A stretch of 64,000 nucleotides of DNA from Torpedo marmorata (Eukaryota), in the NCBI GenBank assembly GCA_977017645.1, contig OZ360225.1:147374001-147438000 (forward strand), read 5' to 3'. A program made the translations under genes and the position numbers. Positions 1-12,243 of this stretch are shown here, in pieces. Every line of letters starts with the position of its first letter. Position 1 is the first letter of the stretch. The notes under the pieces are model-generated. The model ran no database searches and was not told the origin of the DNA. It was given only the letters and a program-made list of their open reading frames with translations.

Positions 1-59
1 CAGCGTTTACACCTCAAATTTTAACTGGGCGATCTCGTGTTCCTTTCGTCACAAGGTTT

Positions 60-518
60 CGTGTGGGTGCCGCAGGAAGACTGTCAGCAGCCAAAAGTTC
101 CATCTATGGCTCCCCTTACATCCCGTGAACTCCGATTATTTGAGGAGGGACACAAGATGGTGGCCAATCTCCCCCCCCTTACAAGTCCACGCTATCTGAC
201 CATTCCATCGGCTTGCAATGCTCCTCCGGCACTGGCGAACCCAGCAGTATCTTTGATCGACCACGATACTCTGTCCCCTGTACACGTGGGGCCCTTCATT
301 TTAGCCTTTTGACAGAACATCGCTCCCACCCAATTACCAGGTTGTTTTTCCTTGAACCATTCTCGTAGCGCCAATCTGTGGTTCGAAGGGTTCAAATAGT
401 GACAATCCTCGCTACCAGGGGCGTAGCTAGGGGGGGAGCCGCAAGCCAGCGTTCAATCGGAGGGCGTCCCGTATTCCATTGGAACGGCAGGGAATGGTCT
501 GTGGGATCCGAATGGGAG
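60..518 (+). promoter_or_regulatory. CpG-enriched promoter/5' UTR region upstream of the MASTL exon
   Basis: Locally GC/CpG-rich; YY1-like CAAGATGGTGGC at about 153-164; lies directly upstream of a first coding exon. Confidence 0.45.
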
Positions 519-704
519 ATGGAGGTTCCCAGCACCGAAGACGCTAGTCCTGCCGCCCCGTACAGGAATGTGAAGGCAATCAAGGTGCCGGCAGCCCCCA
601 GCATCGAGGACTTTGTTATTATCAAACCCATCAGCCATGGGGCATTTGGTAAAGTGTACCTGGCTCGGAAAAAACACCCCGAGAATAAGGTGTATGCAGT
701 CAAG
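519..704 (+). CDS. MASTL: MASTL (Greatwall kinase) first coding exon, 62 codons; possibly an orphan or duplicated copy
   Basis: MEVPSTEDASPAAPYRNVKAIKVPAAPSIEDFVIIKPISHGAFGKVYLARKKHPENKVYAVK matches the MASTL N-terminus (PSIEEFSIVKPISRGAFGKVYLG...YAVK). It ends at AAG|GCAAGT, a phase-0 GC-type donor. No exon 2 was recognised in the window. Confidence 0.85.
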
Positions 705-1174
705 GCAAGTACTGGATTCAGTGGTCAGCTGAAATACGATAGCTGAAGATTTGCTGCAATCGAAACTAAATGAGCCACGTTATGTCTTTTGGTGTTCTAG
801 TGCAGAAAGATTGTAATTTTCTCGTGACATTTGGGCATGTGTAGGCGTGCTTGGTGGCTGTGGGGCAGAACTCGCTCATCCATGGTTCTTTTTTAAACGT
901 GGATTAACATGATGTATATATAATGATTTATTGGATGCCCAGGCATTCTTGGACTGACCAAAATGGCTTGCTTTGGGGGCAATATACTAGTTGACTTAAA
1001 ATATGACAGAAAATTACAAAAATAGGTTATATAAAAAAAAACAGTACGTGATAGGAAAATCTTAAGGTGGATTTCGTGATCAGCAGCCCAATATCCATAA
1101 AATACACCTAAACGTATTCAGGAAGCAAAATCTTCATTGTCCAGTGATATCTTTTGAACATTATCACTATTCTT

Positions 1175-1967
1175 ACCTCTACCGCTTCCTCTGGTATCTC
1201 ATTTCACATACCTCAACCCCTCTGTTTGAGGTCCCTTTTAAATCTTTTCCTTCAAACTTTAAACCAATGGCCTTTAGTTTTAGACTTCAGTACTCTGGGA
1301 AAAAAGATTCTGGCTATTTACCTTATCTACGTCCATAGAACATTACAGCACAGCACAGGCCCTTCAACCCACGATGTTGTGCCGACCTATGTAAACCTAC
1401 TCCACAACAATCTCATCTTTCTCGATATCCTGTTGCCCACTGTATTTTAAATACCCCTTAATGTAAGGTCACTGTTCACCCTGCTGTGCCCCAGAGAGAA
1501 TGTCCCAGCCTATCCAGCCTCTCCTAATAACTCAAGCTAGCCAGTTCCAGTAAGATCCTTGTGAACCTTTTCTGCACCCTTTTCAGTTAATGGCATCTTT
1601 CCTCTGTCTGGCTGACCAGACCCGCACACAATACCCCAAATGCTTCTCATTAATGTCTTGTGCGGTTGTATCATAACGTTCTAACTCCTTTATTCAATAT
1701 CGTGACCAATGAAGGCAAGCATGCCAAATGTCTTCTTCACCACACTGTTTACCTGTGTTGCTGCTTTCAAGGAGCTTAGCCCTGTTCAACAACACTCTCC
1801 AGGGCCCTACCATTTTCTGTGTAAGTCCTACCTTGGTTTGACTTACCAAAATACAATATCTCCCACATTTGAATTCCGTTCCAACTGTCATTCCTTGACC
1901 CACTTTCCCATTTCATCCAGATCCTGTTGTAATCTCATAACCACCTTCACTGTCCACAATACCACCA
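1175..1967 (-). mobile_element. Degraded CR1-type LINE 3' fragments
   Basis: Matches the CR1 3' ends seen elsewhere in the window (CATAGAACATTACAGCACAG...AGGCCCTTC, CACACAATACCCCAAATG). Confidence 0.6.
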
Positions 1968-2218
1968 ATTTTTAGATTTTAGATTTAGACATACAGGCCA
2001 TTTCGGCCCACGAGTCCGTGCCGCGCAATTACACCCAATTAACCTACACCCCCGGTATGTTTTGAACGGTGGGAGGAAACCGGAGCCCCCGGGGAAAACC
2101 CACGTAAACACAGGGAGAACGTACAAACTCCTTACAGACAGCGCGGGATTCGAATCCCGGTCCCGATCGCTGGCGCTGTAAAGGCGTTGCGCTAACCGCT
2201 CCGCTAACCGTGCCGCCC
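1968..2218 (-). mobile_element. tRNA-derived V-SINE, near full length
   Basis: The minus strand has an A-box-like head GGCACGGTTAGCGGAGCGG, B box GGATTCGAATCCC, V-domain GGGGGCTCCGGTTTCCTCCCAC, a LINE-like tail and terminal (TCTAAA)n repeats. Confidence 0.85.
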
Positions 2219-3399
2219 AGATGTTATTCGTGAACTTGCTAACCATGCTAAGTACATTGTCATCCAAGACTGATATAAATAACACAAAGGAGGGAAGGAA
2301 GGTGGTGGGGGGTGGCAGAAGAAGCCAAATTTTACAACTGTTTTGATTGCTTCATCTTACATGTCTGTAATGTTGTGAGCCAGTTTGAGAAGCAATGTGT
2401 GAACTCCTTTGGTTACCATTTTGGTGAAAAAGGGCACTGTGAATGAGCCACCTCTTGGTTCTTGTGTTTCATTATCTAGGCATTACTTCCACCTGTGTAT
2501 CTGTATTACAGAAATTAGTGAAGGTACTCCACTGACATCTAATATTTGGGCTAAGTCATGTTTTCACACTTTGTGTTCGGATGAAAGGAGGGGCTTCATA
2601 TCCTGATCTATTGCCCTTTTTGATTATCTGTAAAATATTCCATTCTTTCTTCAGATGTAAGTGAGATAACCATAATATTATTGTCACTGCATGCCCATGA
2701 ATTCCATTGCCAAATGCTGGCTATGATAATCCATGTTATTCTCCATATTGTTATGATCACTGTATCTGATCGAGCATATGCATCCAATAAACAAAACCTG
2801 AAAAGTAGACTTTTTGACTTCCTCATTGTCCTTGATAATTTTATTCATTACTTTCCCTGTTTGAATCGTTGGACAAAATCTTTGATTACAAGGAGATTTT
2901 GATTTCATTGATTTCATTCTTAAATCACTCCTCTCTCAGATCTGTTTGTCCTGATAATATTCGCTTTAATTGATTCTCATAAACGTTTCCATAAACTTTC
3001 CACGATCATTCTGTGCCCTGTGATTGCTTCAATGCTGACTCCATCCACTCCTCCCCCATTACTCAGTCCATCCTTCATCCTTACCTAATTTCTTAAGTAA
3101 ATATGTGATTATAAAACAAGTCCACAATGTCTCATTGTGCATGTGATTATTCAGTGTTTCTTTTTAAACTAATGTTTTCTTACCAAATATTACCTCACCT
3201 TGGCCTTAAACTGCCTCCTATGCTACAATAGCTACAACCTATGTTCTTTAAGGCTGCACTTTCTGTGGTTTTGACTGTGACTTGATTTTTTTGACTCTTA
3301 AGTTGATTTTGTTGGAAATCAGTTTCTCCATAGAGTGTTTGACAGAGCTTTGATGATTACCACACATTAAGCACTTTCTGCTATAACCACAGTAAATGT

Positions 3400-3540
3400 C
3401 CCTACATTTCCTCCCCACCTCCTGCCAGGGCCACAAACACACCTTCCAGGTAAGGCAGAGCTTTACATGTACATTGTCCAACCTAATCTACTTCATTCGG
3501 TGTACTTGGTTCAGTATCCTCTACATTGGTGAAACCAAAC
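3400..3540 (+). mobile_element. Penelope-like element fragment (GIY-YIG start)
   Basis: Translates QGHKHTFQVRQSFTCTLSNLIYFIRC...LYIGETK, homologous to the endonuclease at 29084-29437. Confidence 0.7.
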
Positions 3541-3745
3541 ATACAGCATGGTAGCAGGCCCTTCGGACCTATGAGTCCGTGCCGCCCAAATATACCAATT
3601 AACCGACAGACCCTGTATGTTTTTGGAAGGTGAGATGAAAACAAAGCACCAAGAGGAAAGCCATGGGGAGAACCTACAAACTCCTTACAGACAACATCAT
3701 GTTCAAACCCAGGTCGCTGGTGCTAATCACAACACTAACCATGTC
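3541..3745 (-). mobile_element. Degraded V-SINE
   Basis: Shares ACAAACTCCTTACAGACA and the tail with 1968-2218. Confidence 0.7.
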
Positions 3746-5402
3746 TCAATTTGTTATTTTCCACTAAAAAATATACACACAGAGAAATTTTCCTTAAATC
3801 TAAGGGAATGATCAAATCATGATTGCTATCAAAAGGATTCTGGGGTTTAGTTGCTACCATGCTGTATCACTAAAAAAACAAATGAGCCAGTGGTAGGCTT
3901 ACTGAAGTCCAACTTGTCGTCATATTGCATCTGATGTTTGCAGATATATTTTTAAAATTCTTCAGGCTGGCAGATCTCTTGCAGTTTCAAGGCCTTTGTC
4001 AGTTGTTTAAAGGCATAAAACAACAAAATCCATTGTTGCTTTGCTTCAGTGCCCATGGTTTTAATTTGTCATTGTATATATAATAAAATCTATTTGCAAT
4101 GAAACAATTTGAACAAGAGGTTTCAATGGAAAGGGCAAGTTATTCTGCAAGCATATACATAGTGGAATTTTTTTAATCCAGAGAGTGAGAGTGTGATTTT
4201 ACAATTTTCATTCTTTTTTTCCCATTGCATTTTAAGTTCTAAAGCTCAATTAAAGTCTACATTAAAGCTTAAAAACCATTAGAACATCAAAAATTAGAAC
4301 TAATTTGCATTGTTACTTTCATAGAAAAAAACATTATTTGAAGAAAGGCAGTATTTGAGAATAGACTCTAATGTTCCAAAACTATTTCTAAAATTACCAA
4401 ATCAAAATTTACATTACACATTTCATAATGTGTGGGAATCGCAGATGCATAATTTTAAGAATCTTATATAACTTGAAATATTATCAAACTTAAGTTTGTC
4501 TATTATGGATTCTGTTTTTATTTTTTCCATTATTAATTAAATTCAATATTCCTTAGTTGATAAGCCAAAAAAAAAGAAAACTAGAGTTTACGTTATTAAG
4601 TTAAGTTCATATTTTAAGTTTAAATTTATTTGTCATGTTATATCTGATAGACTGAGAAGAGTTATTTTGCCAGCAGTCTAACAGGTTATCTCCAACATAA
4701 AGAGCTTGTGCTTTTAAACAAAATTAAATTAATAAACTAAATGCTACATGTAGAGATATTCTTTCCATAGGTTCTTTGGTTTCCACAGTAACTGAAAAAG
4801 GGTAAGAGAACTGAAAAAAATAATTATCAAATTAACAATACTTTAGCAGAAGAATAAAAAATGATTAGAGCTTCACCTAGCTTGAGTACTCTTTTGAAAG
4901 CATGGAATCTTTTTGAAGAGATTTGTCCCTCAAATATGAAATAAATGGATATAAAGAATTTTGGAAATGCTCTGAATCTATTTATCAGACTCTTTTTATA
5001 ACACACTGCTTTAACATATTTTCTTTCCAAAATATCTTTCACTCTCGAGATTCAATTTTATGTGACAAAACAACTGTAGGCGGGTATGGGAGGAGTTAGT
5101 CGGAAAACTAATTTTCAGACTTGCAATGATTGCATTAAACAGTGCTATAAAGAGTGTTCAAATTACAGCTAAACAATATTACACATCTTAATTTAGATTC
5201 CCTTAAATAGAAGCAATTTCTTCATGAAGCCAAATTAAAATACATTTTCTTGAAAAGATCTGTTGATTGAAAACCAGACTCTTGTTACTTTGAATTTCAG
5301 CTTCAAAGCCACAACTTACCTTTAATTTTTCTCAGCTGTCAAGACATCTGTTGCTTAAGAAGAAACATGCCAATGTCTACAATTAGTCCTTAGTCTTTAT
5401 TT

Positions 5403-6366
5403 TGTTACAAATTCAAACCAGCAACGACAGAAGACGCAATGCAAAAGTGGTAAAATTGAAATTTATATTTATTAAAGACAATTAAACATATAATTTCACA
5501 ACAATTAATCCCACTATAAACGTCTATAAACACTATTCTTATCTAAAAAGTGTGTGTGTGTGTGTGTAAAGCCCAGACCATTACAGTCTGTGCCCAACCC
5601 TCATGTAAAAATGGAAAACTTTCCCCAAAAACCCCAGGTCAGTCATAAAAACAAGTCAGTCCCAAAAATACAGTCCACAAAATTTCACTCTCTATGTTCA
5701 GTGTCCAAATTCAGCTCTGTGTGCTGGCAAGAAGGACTTCTTAATGAATGTTGGAGAGAGAGACAATGACTGTTTATGCTTACGAATGCTTGGCCTGCTT
5801 TTCTTCTCTGTTGACTTTCCCTTCTGGTAGTTTCACAAGGATTGCAAATCCAAATACGTTTTGGATTGAGGTGTGTACTTGGATCTCACAGCCTGTCTCG
5901 CTGATCTCACATCTGTTCTTCACAAAAGTTGCCTTCAACTCAGGATTTTGCTGAATCACCAAGGCCTTGTTTTTCGCCCAGCCTTTTCTCCTGGGATGCA
6001 CAAGCCTGGATTTTGCTGATTCAAGAGGCTCTGTGCTCTTCTCCCAACCTTTTCCTCTGGGATGCACAAGCCTGGATTTTGCTGGGTTCTCCCGCCTTTG
6101 CAACTCCAAACTGCCACTGATTCAGTTTTCCATGACTGAACTTTTAAGGCCTTTTTAGCAGAGGTCTTCAACTGCCTTTTTCAAAAGACCAACCAAGTAT
6201 ATCTTTCCACAGTTTGTCTCCCCCTGGTGCCTCTCTTTTGTAAGTACAACAAGTCCTGGGCAAGTTAACTCTTTCAGTACCAGGTCCCAGTGTGTACTCC
6301 AAAAGACTTCATTCATCCTTCCTGCTGACTGCCCGCAGTCCAAATAGTCAGTCATGGGCCATAACA
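5403..6366 (-). mobile_element. Solo LTR of the Gmr1-type family at 24628-33776
   Basis: TGTTACAAATTCAAACCAGC...CCATAACA termini, colinear with the LTRs at 24628-25561 and 32831-33776. The flanks (ATTT / GGTT) do not form a TSD. Confidence 0.9.
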
Positions 6367-7860
6367 GGTTCAAAATACTTCCAAGACTCTATGTACAAAG
6401 AAAAAATTTAAACCACTTTATACACTGAGAAATATTTATTCATGTGATGGGTTAAGAGGCCACCTTCTAGTAAACGTGAGGTCATATTCACACAAAGTAG
6501 TCATACCATTTAAAACTAAGACTGTGAAACACAAATGGAAAAAAGCTTTCAGCAATGATCAGAATAGTGACTGATACTGAAAAGTCTATTTAAAGATATA
6601 GTTTCACAAAAAGAATATCCATGCAAAAACTCAGGCAATCTTTCACACAGTGATTCATTGTACTCGCACAATTTCATGTTAAGCCTTACTTTGCATCATA
6701 GCTCAGTGCCTTTCACATCTTCAGGATCAATTCAGACTCTAATCTTATCTCTGTCCCAAATACTCCAAGTAACGGGTTTTGATCGAATGGTTCACAGACA
6801 TCCTCACTCTTCTTCTCTCTGGACTCATTCACATATGGACCTTAAGGTTGCTCCACAAATATCTAAGTACTCTCCTTTGGATTCTGTTGTTTTACTTAGT
6901 TCTGTAAATTAACTGTCTGTGCTTCATCCTATTATTCTTCCTTCCTTTGCTCTGTAAATGAAGAAATTTTGCTCTATAAATGCTGAACTATTTTCTTTTA
7001 TCTTTGCTCTCTTGTATGTCTCTTATAATTCCTTCAGTGTTTTAATGTCATAGGAACAGGCCCTTCGGCACAACTTGCCCACACCAGCCAAAATGTCCCA
7101 CACACACAGTCCCACCAGCCTGTGTTTGGCCCTTTGGCCTCTAAACTGATACTATCAATGTACTGTCCAATTGTTTCTTAAACATTGCAATAGTACTTGC
7201 CTCGACCACCTCCTCCAGTGGTCCATTCCATATACCACCACCCTCTCTGTAAAAAAGAAAGTTAGCCATCAGGTTCCTATTAAATCTCTCCTCTCTCACT
7301 TTAAACCTATATCCCCTCGTTACTAATTGCCCAACTCTGGGCCGAAGACTCTGTGTGTATACCCGATCTATTCCTCTCCGCCCCCCTGCCCCCCCTCCCT
7401 GAGTCCTGGCAACATCCTCATAAGTCTTTTCTGCACCTTTTCCAGCTTGGCAACATTTTCCTGCAGCACGGAGACCAAAACTGTACACAATACTCCAAAT
7501 GGGGCCTCACGAACGTCTTATGCAACTGCACCATGACCTCCCAACTTCCATTCTCAATACTCTGACTGATGAAGGTGAATGTGCTGAAAGCCTTTTTGAC
7601 CACCCTATCTATCTGTGACACTACAGTCAAGGAGCTATGTACCTGTGCTCCTAGATCCCTCTGCTCCACAACACTTCCCAGATCTCTTCCATTCACTGTG
7701 TTGGTCTTACCCAGCCAATCTCAATGATTTGTTTGGCTATGGACCCCTTAGGACTCTCCTCAAAGTTTAAGGGCCCCCTTCCCTGTAAAGCAGTCAAGTT
7801 TTGGTTTCTTCCATACTTCTCTCCTACCAACTACATAAAATGTACCCATGTTAGACCTAC

Positions 7861-10800
7861 TGTGGTAAACCACTGTATATATGTTTGTAGTCGTCTGGAC
7901 ACGCCCCTTGCTGACTGTACCTGTAGCTCCACCAACAGACCCCTGAATAAAGCCCATTGTGCCACAGCTCCCTCCCCAGTCCAGGACAGACGACCAGCAG
8001 GGACGTGCCGTCATTCCGATGTAAATAAAAGCTTATCAGTTTCTACATAACTTCTAGTATTTCGGAGTTATTGATGGTGCATCAAATTTATTTACATCGC
8101 TTTTGATAATGGAACAGTTCCTGAAACCAGAAAAACTGGAACTCAATCCTCAATCACCTGAGGAATCCAACAGCTTCGAAAACTGGCTGCGTTATTTTGA
8201 AGCATTCCTGCGGGCCTCCGCTACAGTCGTTAGATCAGAGGACGAGAAACTGCAGGTACTACATTCCCGGGTCGGGCCCCGGGTATATTCGATGATCAGG
8301 GACGCCGAATCATATCAGGACGCCATGGACATGCTGAGGAGCCAGTACCTGAAGAGGGTAAATGAGGTCTACGCTAGGCACCTCCTGGCTACCCGAAAAC
8401 AGCGACCCGGGGAATCGAGCGCCGAGTACCTTTGGGCCCTGTGAACCCTCGGACGGGCCTGTGGCTGCAAGGCCGTGATGGCCGCGGCAAACACGGAGGA
8501 TCTCATTAGAGACGCCTATGTTGCGGGTATCCGATCCAATTACATACGGCAGAGATTGTTGGAGCAGGGTGAGCTTAACTTGCAGAGGGCAGTCGACCTA
8601 GCAGGCATGCTAGAAGTAGCCCTCCAAAATATGGATGCTTACTCAGCTAACAATGCGGCCGCCTCGTGGTTACCGAGGGCGCTGCCATCTTGGGACGTGG
8701 GAGGGCCGCAAGCCTGTGGAACACCGCAACCGCCACGTCCCATCAGCGACTCGACCACGGCCGCTATACTCCGCGAGCAGCCGAAGTACTACTACTGCGG
8801 CCAAGACAAGCATCCCAGAAAACGCTGCCCGGCGAAAGACGCGGTCTGTTCTAGCTGCGGGAAGAAGGGGCACTACGCGAAAGTCTGTAAGTCCAAGCCG
8901 CCCTCAAGATCCAGCAGCGCCGCGTGCGAGCAAGGGGCGCCGCCATCTTCCCAACTCAGCAGCACCGCGTGCGGACCATGGCGGCCGCCATCTTGGGACC
9001 GAACACCACATCGCTTCTATGGAGCCCGACAGCGATTCAATACTGGCCTCCATCACGCTGGATCAAGGGATCCCCCATCAACTGGCCAGATCGATGATGG
9101 ACATCGAGGTGGATGACCACAAGACGAGCTGCCTGTTCGATAGTGGGAGCACGGAGAGCTTTATACACCCCGCCACGGTGCAGCATTACCGCCTCACGGT
9201 AATGCCGGTAAGCCACAAAGTCTCCATGGCTTCAAAGTCCCATATGGCAGAGATTCACGGCTACTGCCTAGTGACTCTGACTGTGCTGGGCACAGAGTAC
9301 AAACACTTTAAGCTACTTGTTATGTCACAGCTCTGCGCTGCCATGCTACTGGGGCTAGACTTTCAGTGTCACCTTAAAAGCGTGACGTTGGAGTACGATG
9401 GGCCCCACCCCTCACCCCCCTTACTTTCTGTTTGTAAACCGCCCACCGCAATTCACCCACAAAAGCTCCCCGGACTCCTCTCCCACCGCGTCCAGCCAGC
9501 AACCCACAGATTTCCCAACGCGCACGACCTGCGGCCTTTCTACCCTCCGGATCACCCCTACACCACTATTCGCTAACCTTACCCCCGACTGTAAACCCAT
9601 TGTCACCAAAAGTAGGCGATACAGCGCCGGGGACAGGGCCTTTATAAGGTCGGAGGTGCAGCGGCTATTGAAGGAGGGGATCATTGAAGCCAGCACCAGC
9701 CCCTGGAGAGCCCAAGTGGTGGTGGTAAAGAATGGGGAGAAAAACAGGATGGTCATTGACTACAGTCAGACCATCAACAGATATACGCAGCTGGACGCAT
9801 ACCCTCTCCCCCGCATAGCCGACATGGTGAACCAAATCGCCCAATACCGGGTATTCTCCACCATCAATTTAAAGTCGGTATACCACCAGCTCCCTATCCG
9901 CCTGGAGGACCGCCAATACACTGCCTTCGAGGCAGATGGCCGCCTCTATCATTTTCTGAGGGTTCCCTTTGGTGTCACCAACGGAGTCTCGGTCTTCCAG
10001 TGGGAGATGGACCGAATGGTTGACCAGCACAGGCTGCAGGCCACATTCCAGTTCCTGGACAACATTTCCATTTGCGGCCATGACCTACAGGATCATGAAG
10101 CCAATCTCCAAAAATTCCTCCAGACCGCCAAACTCCTCAACCTTACTTATAATAAGGATAAATGCGTCTTTGGCACAACACGTTGGCGATCCTTGGCTGC
10201 ATCGTACAGGACGGAGTCATTGGCCCCGATCCATACCGCATGCGCCCCCTGTTGGAACTTCCCCTCCCCCACAGCCTCAAAGCCCTGAAAAGGTGCCTGC
10301 GCTTTTTCTCGTACTATGCCCAGTGGGTCCCCAATTATGCAGACAAGGCCCGCCCCCTCATCAAATCTACCTCTTTTCCCCTGACGTCAGAGACCCGTGC
10401 GGCCTTCAGCCGCATCAAGGCAGACATCGCCAAGGCCGCGATACACGCTGTGGACGAATCCACCCCATTCCAGGTGGAGAGCGATGCGTCCGACTTCGCC
10501 CTGGCCGCCACCCTCAACCAAGCGGGCAGACCCGTAGCTTTCTTTTCCCGCACCCTCCAGGGCCCAGAAATCCGACACTCCTCTGTCGAGAAGGAGGTCC
10601 AAGCCATTGACAAGGCAGTATGGCACTGGAGACACTACCTCGCCGGCAAACGATTCACCTTGCTGATGGACCAACGTTCAGTTGCTTTCATGTTTAACAA
10701 CCAGCAGCGAGGCAAAATCAAAAATGACAAGATACTGAGGTGGAGAATCGAACTTTCCACCTACAATTACGATATCTTGTACCGGCCGGGAAAATTCAAT

Positions 10801-12243
10801 GAGCCCCCAGATGTCCTATCCCACGGAACATGTGCCAGCGCACAAATAGACCGCTTACAAGTCCTCCACAGCAACCTCTGCCACCCCGGGGTCACCAGGT
10901 TCTTCCACCTCATCAAAGCCCGCAACCTACCTTACTCCATCGAGGAGGTCAGGACCATGACCAGGAACTGCCAGATCTGTGCGGAGTGCAAACCGCACTT
11001 CTATCAACCAGTCAGAGCGCACCTGATAAAAGCTACCCGCCCCTTTGAATGCCTGAGCATCAATTTCAAGGGACCCCTCCCCTCCTCTGACCGCAACGTG
11101 TACTTCCTCAACATTATTGATGAGTACTCACGTTTCCCGTTCGCCATCCCCTGTCCGGACATGACCACAGCCAAAGTCATCAAGGCTCTGCACAATCACT
11201 TCACCCTGTTTGGGTACCCCTGCTATATTCATAGCGACTGGGGGTCCTCTTTTATGAGTGACGAGTTGCGTCAGTACCTGCTGGCCAGAGGCATCGCCAC
11301 AAGCAGGACCACCAGTTACAACCCCTGAGGGAACGGGCAGGTGGAGAGGGAGAATGCTACCGTCTGGAAGGCCACCCTCCTAGCTACTGTCTGGAAGGCC
11401 ACCCTCCTAGCCCTAAGGTCTAGAGGTCTTCCAGTCTCCCACTGGCAAGATGTCCTCCCCGATGCACTCCACTCAATCAGATCGCTCCTATGCACCGCCA
11501 CCAATGCCACTCCACATGAGAGAATGTTTTCCTTCCCTAGGTTGTCCGCTTCAGGGACCACACTTCTGACCTGGCTGACGTCCCCAGGGCCGGTCCTACT
11601 CCAGAGGCATGCGAGGAGCCATAAACATGACCCACTGGTCGAAAGGGTCCATCTCCTCCACGCCAAACCCCAATACGCCTACGTGACATACCCTGATGGG
11701 CGGGAGGTCACGGTCTCCGTTCGGGATCTGGCACCCTCAGGAGTCCCTGACACCATTACCGACCACCCTGCGCCCCCCCCCACCCCACCTACCGCTACCT
11801 ACGATGCACCGAAGCCATGGTAGGTGACCCCAGCCCCTGGGGATGGCATGACAGATTCGTCGCCACACATCCACCAAGACAGAGCCGACAACAACACACA
11901 GGTGGTCCAAACAGGACTGGATGCAACAGCTGCGCCGCAGCCAGCACTACGACGGTCACAGTGGCAGACCAGACCACCTGAAAGACTCCATTTGTGAGAA
12001 CTTTAATTCACTTTACCCCGCAGGGCTCTTTTTAAAAAGGAGGGGTGAATGTGGTAAACCACTGTATATATGTTTGTAGTCGTCTGGACACGACCCTCGC
12101 TGACTGTACCTGTGGCTCCTCCCACAGACCCCTGAATAAAGGCCATTGTGCCACAGCTCCCTCCTCAGTCCAGGACAGACGACCAGCAGGGACGTGCCTT
12201 CATTCATAACTTCTAGTCTTTCGGAGTTATTGATGGTGCATCA
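7861..12243 (+). mobile_element. Compact (4.4 kb) Ty3/Gypsy LTR retrotransposon, complete but inactivated
   Basis: LTRs 7861-8084 and 12050-12243 (TG...CA); 5-bp TSD CCTAC; PPT AAAAGGAGGGGTGAA; gag with CCHC knuckles, PR (LFDSGS), RT, RNase H (ESDASD), integrase; internal stops and frameshifts. Confidence 0.95.
8109..11823 (+). pseudogene. gag-pol of the Gypsy element (gag-PR-RT-RH-IN), disrupted
   Basis: ORFs 8103-8444, 8475-9116, 8635-9576, 9398-10288, 10162-11328 and 11341-11823 tile the domains; TGA stops at 8442 and 11326 fit CGA>TGA decay. Confidence 0.9.

Noticed and set aside
37-395. ORFs 37-312 (+) and 192-395 (-) as a head-to-head partner such as YME1L1
   Set aside because: The translations do not resemble the YME1L1 N-terminus or any protein I recognise.
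2140-2218. tRNA gene
   Set aside because: The A/B boxes are the head of a V-SINE and continue into the V-domain and tail.
11056-11075. Integrase first catalytic Asp reads Asn in both compact Gypsy elements (SINFKGP, SVNFKGP)
   Set aside because: Both codon pairs (ATC AAT, GTC AAC) are what independent CpG deamination of ATC GAT or GTC GAC would give, so this is not evidence of a family trait.
11357-11410. 27-bp in-frame tandem duplication in the integrase (ATVWKATLL twice)
   Set aside because: It is absent from the sister element and lies in a dead copy; most likely neutral slippage.
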